From an uncultured Pseudomonadota bacterium (GTDB lineage Bacteria > Myxococcota_A > Polyangia > Fen-1088), in the NCBI GenBank assembly GCA_963723305.1, contig CAVRRT010000088.1:19514-83513 (forward strand): a DNA stretch of 64,000 bases, given 5' to 3'. Shown piece by piece: positions 20,152 through 29,627 of the stretch; within the stretch, counting starts at the first letter, position 1; each line of letters begins with the position of its first letter. Under the pieces are notes generated by a model. That model had not been told where the DNA came from, searched no databases, and saw only the letters and a program-made list of their open reading frames with translations. Both the position numbers and the translations under genes were made by a program.

Positions 20152-22820
20152 CTACCTTTGGGCGAGCAGGTCCAGAAGCCTGGTCTTGAGCCGCGCCATC
20201 CGCTCGGGGTCGGTGATCTTCACCAGGTTCGCCTTGTCGCGCACGTAGAAGACGTCGATGGCGCGGTTGGCCTCGGTGGCGATCTTGGAGCGGTGGATGT
20301 CGAGCCCGTCGTTGAACAGCGTCCGCGCGATGGCGTAGAGGACGCCCGGGCGGTCCTCGGTGATCACCTCCATGACCGTGAAGTCGCGGCTCACCTCGTT
20401 GTCGATCTTGAGCTCCGTCGGCACGGCCGGCGTCCGCCAGGCGGCGATCGAGTCGCCGCGTGGGCGGGCCGCCACCAGCGACTCGCCGGTGACCTTCCCC
20501 GACAGCACGGCCTCCAGATCCTCGCGGACTTTCTTCCAGCGCCCCTCGTCCATGACCGGGCGCCGCATCCCGTCGCGCACCCGGAAGATGTCGAGCGCCT
20601 CCGCCTCCTCGCCGGGATCGACCGGCTGGCGCGAGTAGATCGCCGCGTCGACGACCTCGATGCGGTTGGCGAAGAGGACGCCGGCCACCTCGGCCAGCAG
20701 GCCGGGGAGATCGCGCGCCGCCAGCACCATCTCGGTGAGGCCGAGACGTTCCTCGTGCGCGATCTCCACCAGCGCGCTCTTGTTCGCGCCGCGGCGCTCG
20801 CGGATCAGGCGCACGTGCTTGGCGATCCGCAGCGCCGAGTTCTCCGCGAAGTAGCGGTCGGGAAAGCCGCCGAAGAGAGTGGTGAGCGCCGGGTTCTTCT
20901 CCGGCTCGTCGAGGATCGCCGCCGCGCGCTTCTGGCGCCGCTCGACGATCTCCGCGCGCTCGGCCCCCAGGAGATCGGGCCCGCGCCGCAGGAACTTCAG
21001 CGTCCGCGAGTAGAGCTCGGCGAGGAGGGTCTCCTTCCAGCTCGACATGGCGTCGGGCGCCACCGAGGCCAGATCGCAGAACGTCAGCAGATACAGCTCG
21101 TGCAGGTTCTCCTCGTCGCCGCAGAGGGTGGCGAAGTCGGAGATCATCCCCACGTCGTCGAGGTCGCGCCGCTGCGACATCTGCCCCATCACCAGGTGCT
21201 GCTTGACCAGGAACTCCACCCGCCGGATGTCCTCCTCGTCGATGCCGAGCCGCCGGCAGATGGTCACCGCCAGCCCGGCGCCGATCTCGCTGTGCGGGCT
21301 GCCGTAAGGCTTGCCGACGTCATGAAGCAACGTCCCGGCCGCCAGCGCCACCGGCCGTGTCACCGCACGCACCGTCTCGGTCGGGGTGGGGAACTGGTCG
21401 GCGTGGTCCCCGCGGCCGAGCGCGTGCAGCCGGCCGACCGCGTAGAGCGCGTGCTGGTCGACGGTGTAGACGTGATAGATATCGTGCTGCACCCGCCCCG
21501 TCGACGGCTCCCACTCGGGCATCAGCGCGCCCAGCAGGCCGAGGTCCTGCATCTGCTCCAGCCGCGAAGGGTTGGCCCGGTCGCGCCCGTCGCAGACGAT
21601 CTCGATGAACCGGCGCCCGGAGTCGGGATCGGCCCGCAGCGCCTCGCCGCGCGTCGCCGCCAGCTCCCCCAGCATCTCCAGCGTGCGCAGCGACAGCGGG
21701 ATGTCGAAGGCGATCGCCACCTGGAAGATGCGGATCATCTCCGACGGCTTCTTCTCGAACACCGCGCCGTCTTTTCCTTCCAGCGCCCCCTCCCGCACGA
21801 CGAAGCTCTCGTCGACGGCGCCACCGTCCAGCGTGGGGACCGGCTGGCTGGCGCGGCGCGGCTCGTCCCGGGCCGTGGCCCGCTGCAGGAGGCGCTCGGC
21901 CTCGTTGCGGATCAGCTTGGCGTGGGCGTGGTACTGGTGCATCAGCGCCTCGACGGCCGGGTGCACCGCCGGCCGGATGACGCCCCCGGTGTCGCGCGCC
22001 TCGGGATAGAGCACCGGCGCGATCGCCTCCTGCAGCGCGAAGCGCAGGTGATCCTGCCGGCGGCCGGCGGCCGCGTGCATGGCGATCCGGACCCGCAGCA
22101 GCCACTCGGTCGCCGTCGACGAACGCCTGCGCCAGGCGCCCGGTCATGACCCCCTTGGCCAGCAGCTCTTTGGCATCCGAGGTGCCGAAGCGGGCCATCG
22201 CCGCCCAGCGACCGACGCAGAGATCGCGCATGCCGCCCGGGCCGTTCTTGAGGTCGGGCTCGAGCAGGAAGATCGTGTCGCCGAAGCGGCTGTGGCGGGC
22301 CTTCTGCTCGGCGCGCAACCGGGCCACGAAGTCCTCGGCCGCCGTCGTGGCCACGCGCGCCCGGAACGCCTCCAGGAACTTGCGCGGCCAGCTCGGCGTC
22401 GCCGGTCAGAAAGCGCGCGTCGAGCAGCGCGGTCGCCGCCGCCAGATCGCTCTCCGGCAGCGACAGCGCCTGGCTTGTACGAGCGGACCGCGTGCCCGGC
22501 GTCGACCTTGGCGTCCCACAGCGGATAGAGAATCGCCTCGGCCAGCGCCTGCACCTCGGCCCCCGGGGTCTTGGCGCACAGCACCAGCAGATCGAGGTCG
22601 GAATACGGCGCCAGCTCGGAGCGGCCGAAGCCGCCGGTCGCGAGGATGGCCACCGGCGTCTGGCACTTGGCGACTTCCCGCCCGGCCACCTCGATCGACG
22701 ATGCCGTCCACGTCGCGCGAGAGCGCGCGCGAGACCTCGGATGCCGTTGCCCCCCGCGCGCACGGCGGCGGCGGCGCGCTCTCGGGCGGCGGCGAACCTC
22801 GGCGCGATATCCGACGGCAT
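20152..22820 (-). CDS. glnD: [Protein-PII] uridylyltransferase (several frameshifts)
   Basis: ATGGFGRSELAPYSDLDL, LEPDLKNGPGGMRD, VQHDIYHVYTVDQH, LLHDVGK, and two C-terminal ACT domains (DLPGLLA, DRPGVLY), spread over ORFs 22144..23025, 21320..22354 and 20152..22080. Start position uncertain. Confidence 0.93.
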
Positions 22821-22894
22821 CGGCTGGAGGGACATTACCAGAATCCGACGGCCGCGCATTGACGACGGTCGGTGCGTGCGGCACGGTAAGTCGC

Positions 22895-23367
22895 ATGGCA
22901 GAGATCGAGCTGGCGCCGCTTTCACACCGTCTGGACGAGGAGGAGATGCGGACGCTCGCCAAGCTGCTGGTCGAGGCGGGCGCACCGCCGCTCGACAAGG
23001 CCGACGAGCACGCCTCGCACACCATCGCCGCCCGGATCTCCGAGGAGGCGCTGACCGAGTTTCTGGACCGCCTCGACGCCCACGACCTGGGCGCGGAGAT
23101 CTACGTGCCGCTCGAGTTCGAAGGGCGCGTCACGTGGGTGATTTTCGAGTCGCCTCGTCGCAGGCGCTGCTGGACGTGCTGGAGGAGATGCGCGAGGAGC
23201 TGAGCGTCGATGCCGACGACGAAGAGGACGAGGAAGAAGAAGAGGACGCCGAGGACGAGGACGAGGGGACGGTCATCGAGGCCCAGCTCCGCCACATCTG
23301 GCACCTGGTCGCCGACGGCGCCACCGAGTCGATCGAGAAGGGCATGCCGCTACACATTCAGCTGTGA
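22895..23367 (+). CDS. Acidic hypothetical protein (frameshift near 23130)
   Basis: MAEIELAPLSHRLDEEE.. in ORF 22571..23203 joins ..VGDFRVASSQALLDVLEE..DDEEDEEEEED..LHIQL in ORF 22492..23367; TTGACG element upstream. Confidence 0.7.
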
Positions 23368-23393
23368 GGCACGATTGTGAGCGGCTGCGCCGC

Positions 23394-24440
23394 TCAGGCG
23401 CGCATGAAGACGTGCGGCGGGATGGGCTCGGGATAGACGGCGCGCAGCTCGACCTTGCGCTCGAGATCGCGCACGATGGCCGTGCCCGACGTCGATCTCG
23501 TACAGCTCGTTGATGTTGGCGATGCCGCCCGGCGCGAAGACGTTGATCTCGAGGATCTTGTCGCCGACCAGATCGACGCCCACGAAGTAGAGCCCGTCGG
23601 CCACCAGGCGCGGCCGCAGCAGATCGCAGATCCGGCGCTCGGCGTCCGAGAACTCGGTCCGGCCGGCGCGAGCCGCCGACGTGGATGTTGTTCCGGATGT
23701 CGTCCTTGGGGCGCATCCGCTTGTAGGCCGCCACGACGCCACCTACGTCGAGCGGCGCGCCCCCCAGCAGCAGCACCCGCTTGTCGCCCTTGGCCACCGC
23801 CGGGAGGTACTCCTGCACGATGACGTAGCCGGCGCGCCGCACGGTCGAGATCATCTGCTGCAGGTTCACGCTCTGCCCGCGCGCCACGTAAAAGACGTTC
23901 TTGCCGCCGAACCCCGCCAGCGGCTTGATGATGGCCGGACCGTCGAGCTCGCGGAGGAAGGCGCGCATCCGCTCGATCGACCGCGTGATCAGGGTCTTCG
24001 GCCGCAGCTCGACCGGAAACCCCGCCAGGTACATCTTGGACCCGGCGCGCGACAGCCCATCTGGATCGTTGACCACCAGCACGCCCAGCTGCTTGAGCCG
24101 GCGCCCGAAGTCGAGCGCCGGGTTGAACCGGTCGCCTTCCGCGCCGCCGGCGTTGGGGTTGTTGCGCAGGAAGATCACGTCGAAGTCGACGAGGCGCGCC
24201 TCTTCGCGCGGGGCCTCGGCGGCGGTCAGCGCCTTGGCGTAGGCCGCGGCGTCGCGCAGGCGGCCGGGCTTCGGGCGCACCACCTCGGCCACGATGTCGG
24301 TCCCCTCCCCTTGCGAGAACGCGTCGACCGAGGCGAACGCGACGTCGTGCCCGCGCCGGTAGGCGGCGAAGGCCAGGTGCAAGCGTCGTGTAGGTGGCCT
24401 TCTGCGTGCGGGCGCTGTTGACGACGAAGCAGAGGCGCAT
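23394..24440 (-). CDS. gshB: Glutathione synthetase-like ATP-grasp ligase (frameshifts)
   Basis: YTT.HLA, FLRNNP, IIKPLAGFGG, VQEYLP..GDKRV, RNNIHVGG, GVDLVGDKILEINV..PGG across three frames. Confidence 0.8.
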   Translation of the reverse strand: MRLCFVVNSARTQKATYTTLAPGLRRLPARARRRVRLGRRVLARGGDRHRGRGGAPEARPPARRRGLRQGADRRRGPARRGAPRRLRRDLPAQQPQRRRRGRRPVQPGARLRAPAQAAGRAGGQRSRWAVARRVQDVPGGVSGRAAAEDPDHAVDRADARLPPRARRSGHHQAAGGVRRQERLLRGARAEREPAADDLDRAARRLRHRAGVPPGGGQGRQAGAAAGGRAARRRWRRGGLQADAPQGRHPEQHPRRRLAPAGPSSRTPSAGSAICCGRAWWPTGSTSWASIWSATRSSRSTSSRRAASPTSTSCTRSTSGTAIVRDLERKVELRAVYPEPIPPHVFMRA

Positions 24441-24460
24441 GCGGCGCGACGAAACTATAC

Positions 24461-25774
24461 ATGGCTGCCCCGCTTTTGAACCAGCGGCTCTGGAACCCGG
24501 ACTTGATTCCGCTGCGCGATCGCTGGGGATCTGGGCAGATATCCGTTAAGATTCTAAGGTCATGGCCGGTAAGACCTTTCCGGGGATTGGCGAGCTTGGA
24601 GGACGAGTCGGCCCCACTCGCTCCGGCCGACGCAGCGGACAGCAGCGGTGACGGACAGTTCTATTCCGGTCCGACCGTCGTCGATGAGGCCAAGGTCGAA
24701 CAGGGGCTGAAGAAGCTCCGCTCGCTCGATGCGCCGCCCGGACCGCTGACCGGGATTCACCGAGCGGTCGCCGACGCGCTGGCCGACCCCCGCATCACGC
24801 CGCAGGTCACCATCCCCGGCACGCTCATGATGCCGGAGTTCAAGATCGATGCGGGGCGCGGAACCGCCGTGGGGCGGAGCGTGAGCGGACCGATCCCGGG
24901 CCAGCAAAAGACGCAGCCGTTCGACGACCGCGCGCTGCGCGGCACCATGTTCGGCCACGGCGTTCATCTCCCCGACCTCGATCTCCCCGAGCTCGAGCGG
25001 CCGCGCCCGAAGGAGGTGGAGACGTCGAAGGCGCTCGCCATCGTCGAGCGTGGTGTGCCGACCACCAACGAAATCGCCATCTTCCAACCCGGCCCCTACG
25101 CGCAGCACGGGGGCATCCCGCTCGGGCACGACCCTCACCTGCGCTCCAACCGGTTTCACGCCCGCGAGACGCCCATCGACCTGCGGGCGGTCTCGCCGCG
25201 CAAGAAGCTCGCCCTTCGGGTCGCGGCGGCGGCGGCGTGCATCGGGGCGATCGTGGTGGCGGCGCTGCTCTGGGTCCGCTCGACCAATGAGGAAGCCGAG
25301 ACAGGCCTGCGGTCGACCGCCACGCTCCCGGCGCCGCCGCCGGCGCCGCCACCGGCGCATCCGATCGACATCGCGCCCATGCCGCAGCTGGCGGCGCCGC
25401 CCCCGCTGGCTGCCGGAGCCACGGCGCCACCTCCGCCGGCGCTCGCCCCGAGGGCCCCCGCCCGCAACAGCGACGAGGACGATCTGCCGGGCGCCGGCTC
25501 CCCGGCCCGCCCGCGGCCCGCGCCCACGGCGTTGGCGACGCGACCCGTCGCGCCGGTGCTGGCCGGTCCGGCGGCACCGCTCCACCGTACCCACCCGAGC
25601 GCGACGCGCCCCGACCGGCGACACCCAGCCGCGCCCAAAGCCTCCGACGACGACGGCCAGAGGCTCGACAAGGGCGACAAGCCGGACCAGGCCGCCGCGC
25701 CCGTCAAGCCGACCAAGCCGAAGCGCTCGCTCGAGGACGATCCGGACGCCACGATGGCCCCGACCATCGAATGA
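24461..25774 (+). CDS. Single-pass membrane protein: disordered Thr-motif N-terminus, TM helix, Pro/Ala-rich C-terminus
   Basis: TM VAAAAACIGAIVVAALLWV; Pro-rich tail ending DDPDATMAPTIE. True start may be near 24587. Confidence 0.7.
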   Translation: MAAPLLNQRLWNPDLIPLRDRWGSGQISVKILRSWPVRPFRGLASLEDESAPLAPADAADSSGDGQFYSGPTVVDEAKVEQGLKKLRSLDAPPGPLTGIHRAVADALADPRITPQVTIPGTLMMPEFKIDAGRGTAVGRSVSGPIPGQQKTQPFDDRALRGTMFGHGVHLPDLDLPELERPRPKEVETSKALAIVERGVPTTNEIAIFQPGPYAQHGGIPLGHDPHLRSNRFHARETPIDLRAVSPRKKLALRVAAAAACIGAIVVAALLWVRSTNEEAETGLRSTATLPAPPPAPPPAHPIDIAPMPQLAAPPPLAAGATAPPPPALAPRAPARNSDEDDLPGAGSPARPRPAPTALATRPVAPVLAGPAAPLHRTHPSATRPDRRHPAAPKASDDDGQRLDKGDKPDQAAAPVKPTKPKRSLEDDPDATMAPTIE

Positions 25775-25871
25775 GCGCCCCCGCGGCCGTGTGGAAGACC
25801 GGGTCCAGGACCGTATCAAAGACCGCGCATCCAATTGCCGGCGTCAAACTGGCGTGTTACCCCTACCCGGG

Positions 25872-27320
25872 ATGAACATCGCCCTGGATCGAATCGATCC
25901 CGACGCGGCCAACGTCGTCCGGAGGTTGAAAGACTCCGGCCACGCCGCGTACCTGGTGGGCGGCTGCGTCCGCGACCTCCTGCTGGGCCTCAAGCCGAAG
26001 GACTTCGACGTCGTCACCAGCGCCACCCCCCCCGAGATCAAACGCCGTTTTCACAACTCGCGCATCATCGGCCGCCGCTTCCGCTTGGCCCACATCTTCT
26101 TCGGCCCGAAGATCATCGAGACCTCGACCTTCCGCGCCAACCCGCGTGAGATGGAGGACGACGACAACGACGGCGCCGCGCCCGAGAGCGGTGACCTGCT
26201 CATCCGGCGCGACAACGTCTTCGGCACGCCCGAGCAGGACGCCCGGCGGCGCGACTTCACCATCAACGGTCTCTTCTACGACATCGAGACCAAGCAGGTG
26301 ATCGACCACGTGCAGGGGCTGCCCGACCTGGAAGCGCGGGTGGTGCGCACCATCGGCGATCCCGACATTCGATTTCGCGAGGACCCGATCCGGATCCTGC
26401 GGGCGGTGAAGTTCGCCGCGCGGTGCGATCTGACCATCGAGCCGGAGACCTACCGGCGGATGATGGAGCACCGGCAAGAGATCACCAAGTGCGCGCAGGC
26501 GCGCGTCTCCGAGGAGTTCTACCGCCTCTTGCGCGCCGGGGCCGCCAAGCGGTCGCTCGAGCTGCTGGTCGAGACCGAGCTGCTCGAGTTCCTGGTCCCC
26601 GAGCTGGCGCGCGGGCTCAAGGGTGAGCCGGCCGACGAAGAGGCGACGCTGCGGCGGGCACGCCTGTGGGGCTATCTGGCGGCGCTCGATCGCTCGGCGG
26701 CGACCCGCCCGGTGCCGCCGTCGAACGCCCTCATTCTCGCCGCGCTCCTGTTGCCACCGCTGCGAGACTCGCTCGATCCGGACAGCAACGGCGTGCGCGA
26801 CATCGGACAGATGGTGGCCCAGGCGATCGCGCCGGCGCTCGACCGGCTGCGCCCCTCGCGTCGCGACAGCGAGCTGGCGCGCCAGATCCTGCTCGCGCTC
26901 CGCCGCCTCCTGCCCTCGAAGCGCACCCGCCGTCCGTCCCGCTCACGCGATCACGGGCGGGAGTATCTTGGCGAGGCGCTGCGGCTGGCGGAGATCGTCT
27001 TCGACGCCGAGTCCCAGGACCCGACCCTGGCCGGACGACCCATCGTCGCCGAGGGCCCGGACGTCCCCTACCCCGACGAGCTCGAGGCGGAGGAGGAGAT
27101 CCCCACGGCCGAGTTCGAGCGCGGGCGTCACCGTGACCGGGAACGGGGACGGGGACGGATCCAGCAGCCGGTTCCTGCGCGCCAGGTGCCGAGCCAGCCG
27201 GCGCTGGCCGTCGATCTCCACTCCCTCGGCAACGCGGCCCGCGCCCTGCTGACGGCCGATCTGCGCCCCGCGTTCCTGGGCGCCGGCAGCTTCGGCGGCC
27301 CCTGGAGCCGCGCCGACTGA
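25872..27320 (+). CDS. pcnB: Poly(A) polymerase I
   Basis: YLVGGCVRDLL, KDFD, PAP-type signature IIGRRFRLAHI, RRDFTINGL, FREDPIRILRA. Confidence 0.92.
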   Translation: MNIALDRIDPDAANVVRRLKDSGHAAYLVGGCVRDLLLGLKPKDFDVVTSATPPEIKRRFHNSRIIGRRFRLAHIFFGPKIIETSTFRANPREMEDDDNDGAAPESGDLLIRRDNVFGTPEQDARRRDFTINGLFYDIETKQVIDHVQGLPDLEARVVRTIGDPDIRFREDPIRILRAVKFAARCDLTIEPETYRRMMEHRQEITKCAQARVSEEFYRLLRAGAAKRSLELLVETELLEFLVPELARGLKGEPADEEATLRRARLWGYLAALDRSAATRPVPPSNALILAALLLPPLRDSLDPDSNGVRDIGQMVAQAIAPALDRLRPSRRDSELARQILLALRRLLPSKRTRRPSRSRDHGREYLGEALRLAEIVFDAESQDPTLAGRPIVAEGPDVPYPDELEAEEEIPTAEFERGRHRDRERGRGRIQQPVPARQVPSQPALAVDLHSLGNAARALLTADLRPAFLGAGSFGGPWSRAD

Positions 27321-27405
27321 AGCCAGGCGGGCGCTGCCGTAGAGCGACGGCGACGAGCGAAGCGAACCACGCCCGCCGCCGTGCCGCCCGCCCCCAGGCA
27401 GCAGC

Positions 27406-28083
27406 CTAGACGTAGCGGGTAGGATCTTCGACGCCTGCGCCTTCGAAGCCCCGGCGGCGGAGCTGGCACGAATCGCAGCCACCGCAGGCCGCACCCGACG
27501 GCGCCGGATCGTAGCAGGAGTGGGTGAGGCCGTAGTCGATGCCCAGCTTGATGCCGGCGCGGATGATCTCCGCCTTCGACATCTTGATGAGCGGCGCGCG
27601 GATGGTGACCGGGCGTCGCTCGACGCCGGTCTTGGTGCCGAGCCGGGCCACCTCCTGCATCGCCGCCAGCCACTCGGGGCGGCAGTCGGGATATCCCGAC
27701 GAGTCGAGCACGTTCACGCCGACGACGATCTCCGATGCGTCGCGCACCTCGGCCAGCGCGATGGCGTAGGACAGGAAGATGGTGTTGCGCGCCGGGACGT
27801 AGGTGACCGGGATGCCGCTTCCGATCGCCGCCTCGTCGCGCCCCTTGGGGACGGCGATGTCGTCGGTGAGCGCCGAGCCGCCGATGGCGCGCAGGTCGAG
27901 CGTCATCACGTCGTGGCGGATGGCGCCGAGGGCGCGGGCCACCCGCGCCGCCGCCTCGAGCTCGATGGCGTGGCGCTGTCCGTAGCGGAACGAGAGCGCG
28001 TGACAGCGGTGGCCGGCGGCGCGGGTCATGGCCAGCGCCGTTGCCGAATCGATCCCGCCCGACAGAAGCACGATGGCGTCCAT
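27406..28083 (-). CDS. queC: 7-cyano-7-deazaguanine synthase
   Basis: [41 protein letters not shown]. Confidence 0.96.
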   Translation of the reverse strand: MDAIVLLSGGIDSATALAMTRAAGHRCHALSFRYGQRHAIELEAAARVARALGAIRHDVMTLDLRAIGGSALTDDIAVPKGRDEAAIGSGIPVTYVPARNTIFLSYAIALAEVRDASEIVVGVNVLDSSGYPDCRPEWLAAMQEVARLGTKTGVERRPVTIRAPLIKMSKAEIIRAGIKLGIDYGLTHSCYDPAPSGAACGGCDSCQLRRRGFEGAGVEDPTRYV

Positions 28084-28151
28084 GGGTCGCAAGCTCCCGC
28101 GACCACCGTCTCCGAGTCAAGCGCCAGCGATGCGGTCGGCTGCTGGGTACA

Positions 28152-28985
28152 ATGACCGGCGTGCGAAGCCCGTTCGACGACCCCCTGCTCTACGACTGGG
28201 AGTATCGCCGGCGACGCGACGACGTCCGCTTCTACCGCACGCTGGCCGACGAGCGGGGCGGTCCGGTGCTGGATCTCGGCTGCGGGACCGGGCGGCTGCT
28301 GTTGCCGCTGCTCGCCGACGGGCACGTCGTGGTGGGCCTCGATCGCGCGCCCGCCATGCTGGCCCGCGCGGCGGCGCGAATCGCCCGGGCTGGCGCCGCC
28401 AAGCGACGGCGGGCGGTCCTCGTCCGCGGCGATCTGCGGGCGCTTCCGTTCAAGCGGCGCCGGTTTTCGTTGGCGGTGGCGGCGTTCCACACCGTCCAGC
28501 ACTGCGAATCCGACGGCGATCTCCTGCGGTTCTTCCGGGGCGCGGCTGCCGCGCTGCTGCCCGGCGGGTGGCTGGCCTTCGACACGTTCGCGCCGACGCG
28601 CCTCTTTCTCGAGCGCCGCGGGCCGTCGGGACCGACCCGGTTTCGCGATCCAGGCAGCGGCCGCGCAACGATCTACACCGAGAGCCACACGCTCGAAGGG
28701 AGGGTGCTGGCCATGACCTTCCGCTATGAGCCCGTCGCTGCGCGCGGCGATCGGGCCCGGCGCCGCGCCCGGACCGTCTCGCTGCGCCACCGTCTGCTTC
28801 AACCCCGCGAAATCGAAGCGCTGCTGGTCCGCGCGGGGCTCGAGCTCATCGCCAGCTGGGGCGGCTTCGACGGCCGCCCGCTCGACCCCACCGACGAGCG
28901 CGGCGAACAACACATCTATCTGGCACGCATCGCGCACACGCACGTCGCGGGTCGCAAGACGACGCGACGCGTGGGCTCGAAATAA
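28152..28985 (+). CDS. Class I SAM-dependent methyltransferase
   Basis: VLDLGCGTGR, GLD..PAML, GDLR, LLPGG; start at ATG 28152 or GTG 28161. Confidence 0.9.
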   Translation: MTGVRSPFDDPLLYDWEYRRRRDDVRFYRTLADERGGPVLDLGCGTGRLLLPLLADGHVVVGLDRAPAMLARAAARIARAGAAKRRRAVLVRGDLRALPFKRRRFSLAVAAFHTVQHCESDGDLLRFFRGAAAALLPGGWLAFDTFAPTRLFLERRGPSGPTRFRDPGSGRATIYTESHTLEGRVLAMTFRYEPVAARGDRARRRARTVSLRHRLLQPREIEALLVRAGLELIASWGGFDGRPLDPTDERGEQHIYLARIAHTHVAGRKTTRRVGSK

Positions 28986-29031
28986 TACGAAAAACAGAGG
29001 TTGGACCAGCGATCGGCGTCGGGAATCCCAC

Positions 29032-29059
29032 TTGACAGCCCTGCGTCCCCCGATACGAT
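29032..29059 (+). promoter_or_regulatory. Near-consensus sigma70 promoter
   Basis: TTGACA-16 nt-TACGAT, 57 nt upstream of ATG 29117; GGAGGG RBS at 29103-29108. Confidence 0.65.
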
Positions 29060-29116
29060 GCACGTGACTTTTTGCAGCTGAAGTTTTCGCAAACTTTCTG
29101 ACGGAGGGCTGCCGAC

Positions 29117-29500
29117 ATGGCGGAAAAAGTCGCAAAGCTGGGTGTCGAGCGTGAGAAGGACTTCATGTATTACGTGAAGGACGGCGAGGTCTGGAAGGTT
29201 CAGCGAAAGCAACCTGGCGTGCCCAAAGGACGCCCGGAGAAGGTCGCCGACGGTGGCTTCGAGATGGATACGAACTACATCTACTTCGTCGATCGCGACG
29301 GCGACGTCGCGCGCGCCAAACGCGCCGTCGGTGGGCAGAAGCGAAAGAAGAAGGGCCGCGCCATCAAGGCCAAGGCGAAGGCCAAGCCCAAGAAGAAGAG
29401 CAGCGGCAAGAAGGCAAAGAAGGTGGCCAAGAAGAAGGGCGGCGCCAAGAAGAAGGCCGCCCCGAAGAAGAAGCCCGCCAAGAAGCGCGGTCGACGTTAG
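29117..29500 (+). CDS. Small basic protein with an internally duplicated ~35-aa unit and a Lys/Ala-rich histone-H1-like tail
   Basis: EKVAKLGVEREKDFMYYVKDGEV and EKVADGGFEMDTNYIYFVDRDGDV repeat; tail KAKAKAKPKKKSSGKKAKKVAKKK..; own promoter, RBS and terminator. Confidence 0.88.
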   Translation: MAEKVAKLGVEREKDFMYYVKDGEVWKVQRKQPGVPKGRPEKVADGGFEMDTNYIYFVDRDGDVARAKRAVGGQKRKKKGRAIKAKAKAKPKKKSSGKKAKKVAKKKGGAKKKAAPKKKPAKKRGRR

Positions 29501-29524
29501 TCGTTCGTCAGCCCTCGTACCGCC

Positions 29525-29560
29525 AAAAGGCCGCCGGGCATTCGTGCCGGCGGCCTTTTT
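29525..29560. terminator. Intrinsic terminator, probably bidirectional
   Basis: AAAAGGCCGCCG(G)GCA-TTCG-TGCCGGCGGCCTTTTT between convergent genes. Confidence 0.85.
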
Positions 29561-29627
29561 CGTTGTGTGGCCCCATCGAGCGGGAGGGCGCGCGCGAAGC
29601 GGCGCGATCGGCGACCCGGCCCTCCGT

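Noticed and set aside
15726-20189. 1487-aa + strand ORF and other long antisense or alternate-frame ORFs (e.g. 1371..3437, 4141..6372, 20158..22149, 42688..45204, 56258..58264)
   Set aside because: Shadow ORFs opposite well-supported genes. Stop codons are scarce in high-GC DNA, and the translations are Arg/Gly/Ala-rich with no motifs.
28084-28151. preQ1 riboswitch upstream of queC, and purine riboswitch upstream of guaB
   Set aside because: Both upstream regions are very short (about 50-70 bp), lack the expected conserved features, and are occupied by promoter-like elements.
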